A stretch of DNA of 64,000 nucleotides from an uncultured Eubacterium sp. (GCA_900544285.1 UQUT01000001.1:69031-133030); one strand, 5' to 3'; positions 34,350-43,983 are shown, counted from the stretch's first letter. Numbers and translations: made by a program. Notes: generated by a model not told the origin, from the sequence alone.

Positions 34350-36158
34350 TTAAGTTCCTCCATATTCTTGATTTGATATTTCAAAGTCCTCATCGGACAA
34401 AAGTTCATAGTTGGTTTCCGAAAGTTCCATTTCGGGGATTGTATCGAGGTCAACCCGTAGGGGTTCGATGGTCGCCACAGATTTTGTGACTTGGCCGTGC
34501 TGATATACGCCTGCTTTCCCGTCTGCGGTATAGGCCACATTGGGGTGTTTGAGAATGTCATACTTCAAATCCATTACCGGGCGCTCGCCACGGATAAAGA
34601 GAATCGCATATTGGTTATCGAGCATTCTAACTTCGTCAGGGGTGAGTAGCTCACGACCGGAAATCTGATAATTGGTCGAGTAGTTTCCGCTTCGCCCTGA
34701 ACTTTTACCAAAGGTATTGGTATCAATCGTTTCTTTGCCGAGCAGTTCCGACACATATTTGTGCGTGCTTTGCTCGTTACCGCCAAGATATAAAAATTCA
34801 TCGCAGTTGCCCACAATGCTTTCCCACTGTTTTTCAAACAGCGCCTTTAACTGCGCCAGATTTTGCAGGATAATCGAAACCGACACCCCACGGGAACGCA
34901 TTACCGAGAGGATTTTATCAAAATCGTCCGGCAAGCTGACATTGGCAAATTCGTCCATCAGGAAGTGGACGCTGACCGGCAAGCAGCCGCCGTGAACGTG
35001 GTCGGCAGAATAGAAAAGCTGCTGAAACAGTTGGGTGTAGAGGATCGATACCAAAAAGTTGAAGCTTGAATCGTTATCCGGTATCAGGGCGAACAGCGCA
35101 ACCTTTTTCTCACCGAGAGAAGCAAGGTCAAGCTCATCGGTAGAGGTCAGCGCCGCAAGGCTTTCAAGATTGAATTTTTCGAGCCGTGCGGCAAGGGTAA
35201 TCTGGATAGATTTCAAGGTCTTTGCCGAGCCGGAGTGGTAGGAACGATAATACTTCAAGGCGATATGGTCGGGATTGTCGAGTTCCAAATCCGCAAACAG
35301 ATTATCAAGAGGCGAAGGGCGGTTATCCTCCTCGTCCTCAATCGCTGCGGCTCTGAGCATTTCCATTACCATCGCAAAGTTTTGTTCTTCTTCCGGCGCT
35401 TCATAGTGCAAATAAAAAATAAGGGAGAGCAGCAACATACTCGCCGCTGTGTCCCAAAAGGGATCGTTGGATTGCGAACCCTTTGGTGTGGTACTCTTAA
35501 ACAGGTTGGTCACAAGGCGCTGAATATCATTGTCGTTGTGAAGATAGACAAACGGGTTATAGCAGTGGCTCTTCTCCATAGAGATTAAGTCAAGCACCCG
35601 GATTTCGGTTCCTGTCTTTTCAAGAAGCTTTCCTACATCACGCAGAATTTCCCCTTTCGGATCTAAAATCACTTGTGACGAATTGCTCGTCTGCATTAGG
35701 TTTGGTTTACAATAGAATCTCGTTTTACCTGCCCCTGATCCGCCGCATACCAAAGTATTGATATTGCGGCGGTGTTTTTTCGCATTCAACCCGATTCGGA
35801 CGTTCTGCGTCATTATCTTGTTTTCTGAGGGCGGGCTTTGACGGTATTTTTTATCAATGGCTTTGGCGTTGCCCCATTTTGCCGAGCCGTGTTCTTCACG
35901 CCTGCGGTAATTCCTTCTTGTTGAAAAATAAACGCCAATCCCCATTCCATAGAGCAAAAGCAAAACGAGGACAGTTCTTACACTGTCCCCGCATAGCTCA
36001 ATCTGAAATGGGTTGTTGAAAACGGTTAAAAGGTTCGGCAGTATTTCCGGCAGGCCGCCCTTAACGGACGGGGCAATCAATAAGCCGAGCCACACAATGG
36101 GAATGATACCCACAAGCGAGAGAATGATTGCGGATTGCCTGTCGTTATCTCGTTTCAC
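34350..36158 (-). CDS. Type IV coupling protein (VirD4/TraG family)
   Basis: Two N-terminal TM helices. Walker A VCGGSGAGKT and Walker B-like HFLMDEF. Confidence 0.9.
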   Translation of the reverse strand: MKRDNDRQSAIILSLVGIIPIVWLGLLIAPSVKGGLPEILPNLLTVFNNPFQIELCGDSVRTVLVLLLLYGMGIGVYFSTRRNYRRREEHGSAKWGNAKAIDKKYRQSPPSENKIMTQNVRIGLNAKKHRRNINTLVCGGSGAGKTRFYCKPNLMQTSNSSQVILDPKGEILRDVGKLLEKTGTEIRVLDLISMEKSHCYNPFVYLHNDNDIQRLVTNLFKSTTPKGSQSNDPFWDTAASMLLLSLIFYLHYEAPEEEQNFAMVMEMLRAAAIEDEEDNRPSPLDNLFADLELDNPDHIALKYYRSYHSGSAKTLKSIQITLAARLEKFNLESLAALTSTDELDLASLGEKKVALFALIPDNDSSFNFLVSILYTQLFQQLFYSADHVHGGCLPVSVHFLMDEFANVSLPDDFDKILSVMRSRGVSVSIILQNLAQLKALFEKQWESIVGNCDEFLYLGGNEQSTHKYVSELLGKETIDTNTFGKSSGRSGNYSTNYQISGRELLTPDEVRMLDNQYAILFIRGERPVMDLKYDILKHPNVAYTADGKAGVYQHGQVTKSVATIEPLRVDLDTIPEMELSETNYELLSDEDFEISNQEYGGT

Positions 36159-36351
36159 GACCGGAATCCTTTTCTATCACTTTGAATTTCTTTTTTGGGG
36201 CGTGACCGAATTTGATAATCAATTCGTCAACGGCGTCGGTTGCTTTTCCCTCCCGTTTCAGGTCGGTCTTTTTATCGTTCAGGGAACGAATGACAACGCC
36301 GTGTTCATAATCATCCAAAGCGACGTGATAGCGTTCTTCTCTCATCTGCAT
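36145..36351 (-). CDS. Small hypothetical protein
   Basis: 68 aa. GGAGGA lies upstream of ATG 36351. Overlaps the T4CP start by 14 nt. Confidence 0.5.
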   Translation of the reverse strand: MQMREERYHVALDDYEHGVVIRSLNDKKTDLKREGKATDAVDELIIKFGHAPKKKFKVIEKDSGRETR

Positions 36352-36360
36352 ATCCTCCGG

Positions 36361-37248
36361 TTATCTCTCCTGTTCCTTTGAGCGTTCCGCTTTCTGGCGG
36401 TACAGCTCATCAGAAACACGGGCGGCGATTTCCTTGTACGCCTTTTGGGATTTGCCGAGTTCGGCTTTAATCTCTTTCGGCGTTTTGTTTTTCAGTTCGT
36501 CTGGGATACGGTCAATGGCGAAGTTTTGGGTATCCACCCCATATTTCTTGCAAAGCATATACCCAATGCACACCGCCTGAAATCCCATATCCCTGCGGCT
36601 GTACGCTTCGCTGTTCATTGAAAGCTGAGCGTGGCCGAGTTCCTGCGCCACACACTGGCACAGCGCCACGCTGTCGCCAATATCCTTTTTTACATAGAGC
36701 GTCTGATCTTCATTTTTATAGAAAGCGCCCATATCAGGATAAGGCAGCTCGTCCACGCTTTCGATATTGATGGGTGCGGTGTCGAGCATAACCGCCACAA
36801 GCTTTCTCGGATCACGGTTGACCGTCGGGGCGGCAGGCCGTTTCCCATTGGTCTGCGAAACATCAAGCACCCGTTTCATATTGAAATCAATGCCGGTGGT
36901 TTGATCCTTTTTGGTGTACTCGTAGGGATCGAGAATAATAAAGGTCTTGGAACCCTTGTTTACCTTTACTCCTTCCGTCACCCAATCGTTAAACTCCTTG
37001 ACCTGACTTGCCTGCGGGAACTGCTTATACATCAAAAGGGCATTGTTCGCCGTATAGCGATCCATCCGGCTTTGCACGTCAAGGTAGGCTTTGAATTTAT
37101 CGGGGGATTGTACGACCTCCGAAGCGGTATCGTCGAGCATTTTATAGACCGCCTGTTTCTCTGCCTTCATTTTCTCTTTATATTCCTCCGGCGAAAGTCT
37201 CGGCGGCTGAGCGCCGCTACCTTTCTTCGGATTAAAATTGTTGGTCAT
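36361..37248 (-). CDS. ArdC-N-like (ssDNA-binding antirestriction-type) domain protein with HExxH-like motif
   Basis: RYTANNALLMYKQFPQASQVKEFNDWVTEGVKVNKGSKTFIIL resembles the ArdC N-terminal domain. Downstream motif AQELGHAQL. Confidence 0.55.
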   Translation of the reverse strand: MTNNFNPKKGSGAQPPRLSPEEYKEKMKAEKQAVYKMLDDTASEVVQSPDKFKAYLDVQSRMDRYTANNALLMYKQFPQASQVKEFNDWVTEGVKVNKGSKTFIILDPYEYTKKDQTTGIDFNMKRVLDVSQTNGKRPAAPTVNRDPRKLVAVMLDTAPINIESVDELPYPDMGAFYKNEDQTLYVKKDIGDSVALCQCVAQELGHAQLSMNSEAYSRRDMGFQAVCIGYMLCKKYGVDTQNFAIDRIPDELKNKTPKEIKAELGKSQKAYKEIAARVSDELYRQKAERSKEQER

Positions 37249-37253
37249 AATGA

Positions 37254-38081
37254 TTACCTCTCTTTCGGTTTTTCAGATTTCACAGGTTGGGGAGGCTGCG
37301 CCTGCCCCTGCGGTTGCGATTTCAGGGATTCCTCTTTGGAACTTTCCGGCTCGGTGCGCTCGGCCTGTTTTTCAGCCTTTGCCGCCGCCTTGTATCGGTT
37401 CAGGTTTTCTTTGACCGAAGATCTCACTCGGGAAACCCTGAGCCTGTCGGCTGTATCCATCGCCTTTTGTTCCAAAGAAGCAAAGCCCTTCTGCACTTTC
37501 TCGAATACACGGCTGAGTCTTGATAAAATGCCTTTATCGGTTCTGGCGTGTTCCGCTTGCTTTGCGGCTCTCCCGGTAAACAGAAGCCCCACATTTTTCA
37601 AATGCCCCTTTGCGCTTTGCAGTTCTGAGTGCATAGAGGACAACTTTGCCGTATCCTGCGCCATCTCCTGAGACAGCCTGCGGAACAAAGAGGACAGCTT
37701 ATCAAACATTTCGGGGATTTTCATCGCTCTGACCGATCCGGCAAGAGCGTCTTTGCCTTTCTCCCGGAATGCCCGCATTGCGTCCCCGGCAGATTTGATG
37801 AGATTATCCTTCATCGTCTTGACGGCGGTAAAGCCCTGACGAACTTTATCCTCTGTTTTCTGAACAAGGGTTTGGCACTTGCTGCGTAGGGTGCTGTTGT
37901 GAATCAAATTGATTTCCCGGCGCATATCCTGAAGCTCACCGAGCATTCCTGAAAGTGTTGCCTGCATATCGCCTATATACCCAACGAGCGACTGCACTTC
38001 GCTTTTCTCTCTCGTCAGGCCGTTTTTTTCAAGGGTATCCAACAACTCCGCAATTTGCGGGTGTTCATTGAGATTATCCAT
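37254..38081 (-). CDS. Coiled-coil hypothetical protein with shared C-terminal tail module
   Basis: 275 aa. The C-terminal LNRYKAAAKAEKQAERTEPE...KPKER is paralogous to the tail of the PcfB-like protein. Confidence 0.6.
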   Translation of the reverse strand: MDNLNEHPQIAELLDTLEKNGLTREKSEVQSLVGYIGDMQATLSGMLGELQDMRREINLIHNSTLRSKCQTLVQKTEDKVRQGFTAVKTMKDNLIKSAGDAMRAFREKGKDALAGSVRAMKIPEMFDKLSSLFRRLSQEMAQDTAKLSSMHSELQSAKGHLKNVGLLFTGRAAKQAEHARTDKGILSRLSRVFEKVQKGFASLEQKAMDTADRLRVSRVRSSVKENLNRYKAAAKAEKQAERTEPESSKEESLKSQPQGQAQPPQPVKSEKPKER

Positions 38082-38087
38082 TTAGTT

Positions 38088-38897
38088 TCACCTCTCTTTG
38101 GGTTTCTTCGATTTTTTCGGCTGCGTGTGAACCGTCTGACGGTTCGGCTCGGGGGATTTTGGCTTTTCCTTTGCAGCCTCCGGCTCGGTGCGCTCTGCTT
38201 CCTTCTCCGCTTTTGCGGCAGCACGGTATCGGTCGAGTTTTTCTTTGACCGAAGGCTTTTTATCCGCCGCCTTTGCGATACCCTTATCAGTGTGCGTACC
38301 TGTCGTTTCTGAGTCTCGCTCGGACGGAGGGCTTTTGTCCGTCTTTGCGACCGAAGGGTTTTGGTGGGAATTGCCCTCCTTCTGAGAAGGCTTGCCCATC
38401 GCTTCTTCCACAATGAGTTCGCCCCTTGTCTTGGCAGGAACTTCTTTTGCAGCCGCCTCCCGGTCTGTAACCGCTTTTTCTGCTTCGGTAACAATAGAAG
38501 CCTTATCCACTTTACCGAGTTCAAAGCGGTCGGAGATCCTTTGGATTTTTGCTGCGTCCTCCGCACGGGCGATAATGTCTATCGTCGCCGTATCACTCTT
38601 GGTATTTTTATCCCGCAGAACGCAATAGAGGACGCCATATTTTTTTGCCTGCTCGGTAAACTTTTGCAGGTCTTTCTGCTCAAACGAAAAGACTTTGAGT
38701 TCCTTGCCGGATTTAATCATATTGGTCAGCCGAGCCTTGCCCCTCGTCTTATTCGACTGGCTGATTTCCTGCTTCAGCACCGAAGCTAACAGGACGGCGA
38801 TATTCTTCGCCGCCGAGCCTGTGAGTTTTGCAGCTACTTCAAATCCTTCAAGCGAAAGCCTGACGATTTGTTCTGCTGCGTCACCGCCGTTTACCAT
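38088..38897 (-). CDS. PcfB-family (DUF3801-like) protein
   Basis: ATG at 38897 (MVNGGDAAEQIVRLSLEGFEVAAKLTG) with AAGGAGAG upstream. Immediately downstream of the relaxase, as in pCF10-type systems. Confidence 0.7.
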   Translation of the reverse strand: MVNGGDAAEQIVRLSLEGFEVAAKLTGSAAKNIAVLLASVLKQEISQSNKTRGKARLTNMIKSGKELKVFSFEQKDLQKFTEQAKKYGVLYCVLRDKNTKSDTATIDIIARAEDAAKIQRISDRFELGKVDKASIVTEAEKAVTDREAAAKEVPAKTRGELIVEEAMGKPSQKEGNSHQNPSVAKTDKSPPSERDSETTGTHTDKGIAKAADKKPSVKEKLDRYRAAAKAEKEAERTEPEAAKEKPKSPEPNRQTVHTQPKKSKKPKER

Positions 38898-40263
38898 AGT
38901 TCCGACTCTCCTTTCTCTGAGATTTTTCTTCTTCTGCAATTACTTGCTCGAGATTGTGTTCGACAACTTTTGATCGCTCTGCAATCCCGTCGCAAAGCTT
39001 CACTTCCTTGCGAAGCTCTTTGAGTCGTTCGGAAAGCGCCGAGATTTCTCCTTTCGCCTTAGACAGCTCACCGTCGGTGATGTTTACTTTTCGTATTTCA
39101 TTTCGGAGGCGGTTTCTTCCGGCGGTTCGGGATTTAATCTCTGCTTCAACCGAGTGCTTATATGCGAAAAGCTGCTCGTCCGTACTGATTTGGTGCTTGC
39201 CGAGCAGCCTGACTTGCTGTGAGAACTGTTCAAGCTTCATCAAATCGTCTTTGAGAAGATAATGAAGCCGTGCGGGGTTCTGTTGTTTTTGGTTGTACTT
39301 TGGAAGATAACCGAGCCGGTAGCAGTAGTGGAGGTACAGGCCGTAAAGACCGCCCACCTTTTTGATTTTCTGTTCCCTTGTCGGGAGGCGGTACTGCCGG
39401 ACACGATAGGTTTTCGGTTGAAAAGGGTGAAAAGCGATATTATCCCGGTTCTGTATGAGTCGTTCAAGGATTCGCTCTTTGGTATATTCCTCTCCGAGCC
39501 GATAGGTGCGGATTGGTTTTTCATCGCCCTTTGGGGTGACGGTGCAGTATTTCCGGTTCGGGTTGAAATTGGAACGATAGCCCATCACGCCGAGTTCATA
39601 TTGGAACTGCCGCAGGTTATGGCTCATCGCTATTGCTTCATCAATCGCTTTTCTGGCGTTGTTGTACCGGGTGGGCATACCCGCCTCGTCCTTTTTGGTA
39701 AGATAGGCGGGGGATCTGTGCAGTTCGGGATTTTTAACGATGGAAAGCTTATGCGAAAGGCAAATCTCATCAGCAATATGCCGGAAGTAGTACCAAGATT
39801 TCTCCTTGTTTTGCAGACGCTTCCCATCAACGAAGGAAACGGAATTGATAACGAAATGGCAGTGGAGGTGCTTTGTGTTCAAATGGGTGGTTACGACCAC
39901 CTGAAAGCGGCTGCCCCACATCTTATTTGCAAACTCCATTCCGATCTGCTGCGCCTGTTCAGGTGTGACTTCATCTTCCTTAAAACTCAGATACCCGTGA
40001 TAGGCTTGAATCCCGTCCGGTTTTTCAAACTGTTCCTTGACTGAAATGAACTGGTCACGGGCGGTGGCCACATTACAGTTGATCCCTTCGCTGAAAAATT
40101 CGTGTTCGGTTTTTTCTTCGTCCTTTGCGTAGGCAAGCACATCTTTGAGCGCCTGATATTCTTCGGGCGTGTATTCGGGATTGGCGGTCTTTTCGGGATT
40201 TGTCGCATAGTCGAGAACCTGCCCGAGCCGTTCTGTTACCTTCCAAAGCTTTGTTACTGCCAT
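38881..40263 (-). CDS. Relaxase / mobilisation nuclease (MobA/VirD2-type domain)
   Basis: N-terminal relaxase fold with the histidine cluster HLNTKHLHCHFVIN. C-terminal coiled coil. Preceded by MobC. Confidence 0.9.
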   Translation of the reverse strand: MAVTKLWKVTERLGQVLDYATNPEKTANPEYTPEEYQALKDVLAYAKDEEKTEHEFFSEGINCNVATARDQFISVKEQFEKPDGIQAYHGYLSFKEDEVTPEQAQQIGMEFANKMWGSRFQVVVTTHLNTKHLHCHFVINSVSFVDGKRLQNKEKSWYYFRHIADEICLSHKLSIVKNPELHRSPAYLTKKDEAGMPTRYNNARKAIDEAIAMSHNLRQFQYELGVMGYRSNFNPNRKYCTVTPKGDEKPIRTYRLGEEYTKERILERLIQNRDNIAFHPFQPKTYRVRQYRLPTREQKIKKVGGLYGLYLHYCYRLGYLPKYNQKQQNPARLHYLLKDDLMKLEQFSQQVRLLGKHQISTDEQLFAYKHSVEAEIKSRTAGRNRLRNEIRKVNITDGELSKAKGEISALSERLKELRKEVKLCDGIAERSKVVEHNLEQVIAEEEKSQRKESRNYGKRR

Positions 40264-40595
40264 TTCAAATCGCTTTTTTCAGGACGGAGGAATACCCGTT
40301 CCACATCAGCCTGAAATTTATGCCAACGGAGGGCTTCGGCTTTTAACATCTGCGTGTCGATGAAGCCGAGAGCGTTTGCTTTAATGGCAAGCTGATTGAT
40401 ATTGTTGCCGATAGCGGAGAGTTCCCGCATAGCGTCGTAGAACCTCTCGTCCGGTTTCTCTCTCGGCTCATATCCACGAATGAGCAGACGGACGAGCGCC
40501 GCTTCGGTCAGGCAGGCTTTCTTTGCTTTCTTCTGCAAATCCTGAGCCTCCTGACGGTTCATCAAAAAATGCTTCTCGATATTTCTTCTGTTCAA
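40254..40595 (-). CDS. MobC-family relaxosome accessory protein
   Basis: LSAIGNNINQLAIKAN motif. TTG start overlaps the stop of the small upstream ORF. Confidence 0.85.
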   Translation of the reverse strand: MNRRNIEKHFLMNRQEAQDLQKKAKKACLTEAALVRLLIRGYEPREKPDERFYDAMRELSAIGNNINQLAIKANALGFIDTQMLKAEALRWHKFQADVERVFLRPEKSDLKWQ

Positions 40596-40723
40596 AACTC
40601 ATCGTCCTCCTTTCGGGCGGTCTGGCTGTGATGGGTACGGCTGATTTGCAGAAGGCACATTGTCGTAACAGCGACAACGCCGCCGAGCAGCAAGCCTATC
40701 ATAAAGAATAGAAATTCATACAT
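40592..40723 (-). CDS. Small single-TM peptide (43 aa, DUF3789-like), absent from the ORF track
   Basis: MYEFLFFMIGLLLGGVVAVTTMCLLQISRTHHSQTARKEDDEF. Its 3' end carries the AAGGAGG for mobC. Confidence 0.6.
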   Translation of the reverse strand: MYEFLFFMIGLLLGGVVAVTTMCLLQISRTHHSQTARKEDDEF

Positions 40724-40861
40724 TGTAAAAATCCTTTCTGAAATGGGGGTATTAGGGGCAAGCCCCTAACGAGTTTTACTGTTTTGGACGAACCTGTCCA
40801 TAAACAGTCTGCTCGCTAAGATAATGCAGTTCCTCCGGGCTGCCCCGCATACCCCTGAAAT
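40724..40861. other. Candidate oriT region
   Basis: Non-coding gap directly upstream of the mobC-relaxase operon. Contains the perfect hairpin ttagggg-caag-cccctaa (40752-40769). Confidence 0.4.
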
Positions 40862-41926
40862 TTATCGTTCTCTATCTGCCTTTTCGGGCTTGATTGGTTC
40901 GATTTTTATGCCGTAATCGGTTTCAATGAACCTTTCCGGCTGACGGAAAAGCCTCTGATATTTGAGGGCTTGTTCAGGGGTTAAGCTGTCGTATTTTTCA
41001 TCGGCTACATTGGATCGGGCAATAAAAAAGTCCCCGTGAACAATGTCGGAGACTTCTCGTGGATCTGTAATAATGAAGCATTTTTCAATTTTCCAACCGT
41101 CCTTGCCGCCCTTTTCGTCCGCCATAAGACCTTCCATTCGCAGGCAGCGGTCAACCCCGTCAAGGGAAGCGCCGTAGATAGAATACCCGTTCATATTGGG
41201 CTGAAACGCCTTATTATCCGAGCTGACTTCATAGGTTCGTTCAAACTCGCTGTGGGGTGTGCGGAAGGTATCGACGGTAAAAACAATGTGTCCCTTGCAG
41301 TGATGGCCTTCCCGTTCCATCTGCCGGAAGTGGTTTTTCAACCCCTCATAGTCCACTTCATATTTCTGCGGTTCTGCATAAACGGCACGGTTTTTCGGCA
41401 AATCATTCTGCTTTCCGTCCCGGTTGCAGACGATGGCGGCGTCATCTTCAAAGGGCATATACTCATCAAGACCGCCGCCGACCAGTTCTTTCATCGCCTC
41501 ATAGGTGTTGGGGATCTCCATAACAACCGGGGCTTTACCAACCGGAACAAAGAGAACGGAAATGGTTTCTTCCTTTGTCAAGCAGGAAAAGCGCTCGCTG
41601 ATTTTGCATTTCTCCGGTTCAAAATCCACCTTCCTAAACTCGAAGGAATCGCAAAAATGAAATTCGCTTTCTCCATTCTCTGCAATCACTTCCACCACAT
41701 CGGATACCGAAAGGGAACGGGCTTTATACCCTTTGGGGTGGTTTTGGTTGAATTTTTGATAGACATCTTCAAGGGTTTTGCAGTTGACGTCCCCCTCGAA
41801 AACCTTGTCGTAAACGCTGCTGTTGATCTGATTGCTGCCCTGAAATTTCGGCAGACTCTCATATCTCATAAAGGCGATGTTCTTGGTATCACGGTCGGTA
41901 TTAACCTGATAGATTCGTATTTTCAT
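40862..41926 (-). CDS. YodL-like + DUF3846-like domain protein
   Basis: N-terminal MKIRIYQVNTDRD....FM.YESL fits a YodL-type domain. The mid region VLFVPVGKAPVVMEIPNTYEAMKELVGG...AIVCNRDGK fits DUF3846. Confidence 0.65.
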   Translation of the reverse strand: MKIRIYQVNTDRDTKNIAFMRYESLPKFQGSNQINSSVYDKVFEGDVNCKTLEDVYQKFNQNHPKGYKARSLSVSDVVEVIAENGESEFHFCDSFEFRKVDFEPEKCKISERFSCLTKEETISVLFVPVGKAPVVMEIPNTYEAMKELVGGGLDEYMPFEDDAAIVCNRDGKQNDLPKNRAVYAEPQKYEVDYEGLKNHFRQMEREGHHCKGHIVFTVDTFRTPHSEFERTYEVSSDNKAFQPNMNGYSIYGASLDGVDRCLRMEGLMADEKGGKDGWKIEKCFIITDPREVSDIVHGDFFIARSNVADEKYDSLTPEQALKYQRLFRQPERFIETDYGIKIEPIKPEKADRER

Positions 41927-42888
41927 CGCTCAAAACTCCTCTCTTTGGATTTGTGAATACCCATCTGAATACAAAGAAAATCATTGTAGTCGTTGCCTTT
42001 GGGCGGCGGCTCGTCAATGATTTCATACTTTCCCGGCAGAATTGCTTTTAACGCTGCGGTCGCTTTTCTGCCCGTATTGTCGTTGTCAAAATGGATATGA
42101 ATTTTCTTGATATGCGGTCTTTCCGCAAGGTATCGGACGAGGGCGGCGGGGGTAGTGCTTTCCTCGATTTTCTCTTTCGGGAGGTACACCCCGGCGAGCG
42201 ATACAAGGTTTTCCTTGTGCCAATCCCTGCCGGAGAGCCGTGCAAGCGTAGCGTAGGAGAGCAGGTCGATGGCGCACTCAAACAGGTGTACTTCTTCGCT
42301 TTCGCTCTCGGCTATCCGAAAAGAATAGTGCTTGTCGCTGCCGGAACAATCCCCTAAAATGCGGCGGCTTCCGGTCGCCCGGTATGCGGCATATCTCGGT
42401 TTCTGCTTCTCATCAAAGCCGACAAACACAAGGTTATGATAGGGCAGACTCTCAAAAATCAAGCCCCGGTCAATGCACTCGCCTATGATGGAATAGTCAA
42501 TGCCCCTGCCAAAAAGGTACTCGGTAATTCTATCGTTGGAAGCACTTTTTTCAGGCAGAAGCAAGACCTTCGGCTTTTCTTCCTGTTTCGGTCTGACCGT
42601 CAGGGAGGGCATAACCGCCGCCTTGCCCATCAGGGTTTCTACCGCTTCTACAAACGAACAGCCCTTTACCTTAACGAGATAATCAAGGGCGTTGTAGCCG
42701 CCGATCCGCCGTGACCACCACATCCATTTCCCGTTTGAAATCTTCAAGCTGTCGTGGGTGCGGGTGGTATAGTTGTTGCCGGAAATCCGCACAAGCTCGT
42801 GGGGTTCAAAGGCTTGCAGGTAAGTCAAAAGGTCAATCTGCCGAGCCTGTTCGATCACCTCCGGTTCGATATATGGCAAGAAAATCAC
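41923..42888 (-). CDS. DUF3991 + Toprim domain primase-like protein
   Basis: LHLFECAIDLLSY and HIHFDNDNTGRKA (Toprim E and DxD). ATGA coupling on both sides. Confidence 0.75.
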   Translation of the reverse strand: MIFLPYIEPEVIEQARQIDLLTYLQAFEPHELVRISGNNYTTRTHDSLKISNGKWMWWSRRIGGYNALDYLVKVKGCSFVEAVETLMGKAAVMPSLTVRPKQEEKPKVLLLPEKSASNDRITEYLFGRGIDYSIIGECIDRGLIFESLPYHNLVFVGFDEKQKPRYAAYRATGSRRILGDCSGSDKHYSFRIAESESEEVHLFECAIDLLSYATLARLSGRDWHKENLVSLAGVYLPKEKIEESTTPAALVRYLAERPHIKKIHIHFDNDNTGRKATAALKAILPGKYEIIDEPPPKGNDYNDFLCIQMGIHKSKERSFER

Positions 42889-43214
42889 CTGCTTTCCCGG
42901 TTCTTTTCTCGCTTGATGACATCATTTGCCCGTGTTTCAATGGAATCTCTGACAGTATCCATATGCTCGACTTCTCTGTCCTTGAACTCCTTATACACAT
43001 CGTCAAGAGGGCAAGGCGACCGGAGCAAAGCTTTCGCCTGTTTGGGGGTAAGTTCCAGTTCCTCCATTGCCATCACAATATCCTCCCGCATTGTATATTC
43101 ATAGGTGTGGTTCAAAATTTCAGAAGGCGGCTGATTCAAAAGCCAATCCCTGTATTTGTCCTGTTCGGCTCTCATTTTCTCATAGAGAAGGGTATTATAA
43201 TCGGTTTCGCCCAT
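42885..43214 (-). CDS. Hypothetical protein (DUF3848-like)
   Basis: 109 aa with AAGGAGG upstream of ATG 43214. The pattern YEKMRAEQDKYRDWLLNQPPSEILNHTYEY was recalled from conjugative-element families. Confidence 0.55.
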   Translation of the reverse strand: MGETDYNTLLYEKMRAEQDKYRDWLLNQPPSEILNHTYEYTMREDIVMAMEELELTPKQAKALLRSPCPLDDVYKEFKDREVEHMDTVRDSIETRANDVIKREKNRESR

Positions 43215-43232
43215 CGTGCGAACACCTCCTTA

Positions 43233-43280
43233 AGCAAAAAAATATAGCCGCCTGATTTCCTAAGAAAACCAAGCGGCTAT
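43233..43280 (-). terminator. Intrinsic terminator abutting the SD of the next gene
   Basis: atagccgc...gcggctat stem followed on the minus strand by atttttttgctt. The AAGGAGG of CDS 42885-43214 comes immediately after. Confidence 0.75.
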
Positions 43281-43321
43281 GTAATTTAATATTGCAGAAT
43301 AGGAAGCGGAGAAATAAACCT

Positions 43322-43783
43322 TTATGCTTTTTTTCGTGTTTTCCAAGTCTGATAAAGAATATCTTTCAGCACTAACATTGCGTCCTGCTCATTAAACTGA
43401 TATTCCGTTTTCAGTTCATTGAGCATTAAATTGATTCGCCGTGCATAGTCGGGAACATTGACCTCCTGCTGATATTGAAGCAAAACCGGGTACTTTTTTC
43501 CCCAAGCCGAAGTCCAGTCAATCCTTTCTTCTATCTTTTCATCGGTCTTTTCAATAATCTCCTGTATTTCGCTGAGTTCCACATCAAACTCTATCAAATC
43601 GTCTAAGGCGATATGATAGAGCTTTGCCATCTTCTTCGATTGATAAATATCGGGTACGGTTTCATTAGTTTCCCATTTAGAAATGGTCTGTCGGCTCACC
43701 CCAAGTTTTTCAGCAACTTCCTCTTGCGATAAACCGCATTTCTTTCGTGCGTGAAATAGACTATTGCCTAAATTCATTCTCAA
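43322..43783 (-). CDS. XRE-family HTH protein with C-terminal extension
   Basis: LFHARKKCGLSQEEVAEKLGVSRQTISKWETNE HTH. 153 aa. Confidence 0.8.
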   Translation of the reverse strand: MRMNLGNSLFHARKKCGLSQEEVAEKLGVSRQTISKWETNETVPDIYQSKKMAKLYHIALDDLIEFDVELSEIQEIIEKTDEKIEERIDWTSAWGKKYPVLLQYQQEVNVPDYARRINLMLNELKTEYQFNEQDAMLVLKDILYQTWKTRKKA

Positions 43784-43983
43784 TCCCTCCTGCCGTTTGA
43801 TACCTTAATTATAAAGAACGGCAAGATGAATAGCCACCAACTGTGTTTTCCATTTTTGCCCGATAACTTTACAATATCCGATTTTCGTATTCTGTTTCAG
43901 GTAACATACCACGAACCAGCACCTTCATTTGTCGGAGAGTTGGGGTATGTAAATGCGGTATGGGGGTTCCATACCGCAAAGGG

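Noticed and set aside
38015-38566. 183-aa same-strand alternative-frame ORF inside the PcfB-like gene, extremely basic (R/K/Q/S-rich)
   Set aside because: Unlike the nested TnpV case, it matches no family pattern and has no SD. It is simply the frame-shifted reading of Lys/Glu/Ala-rich tail codons.
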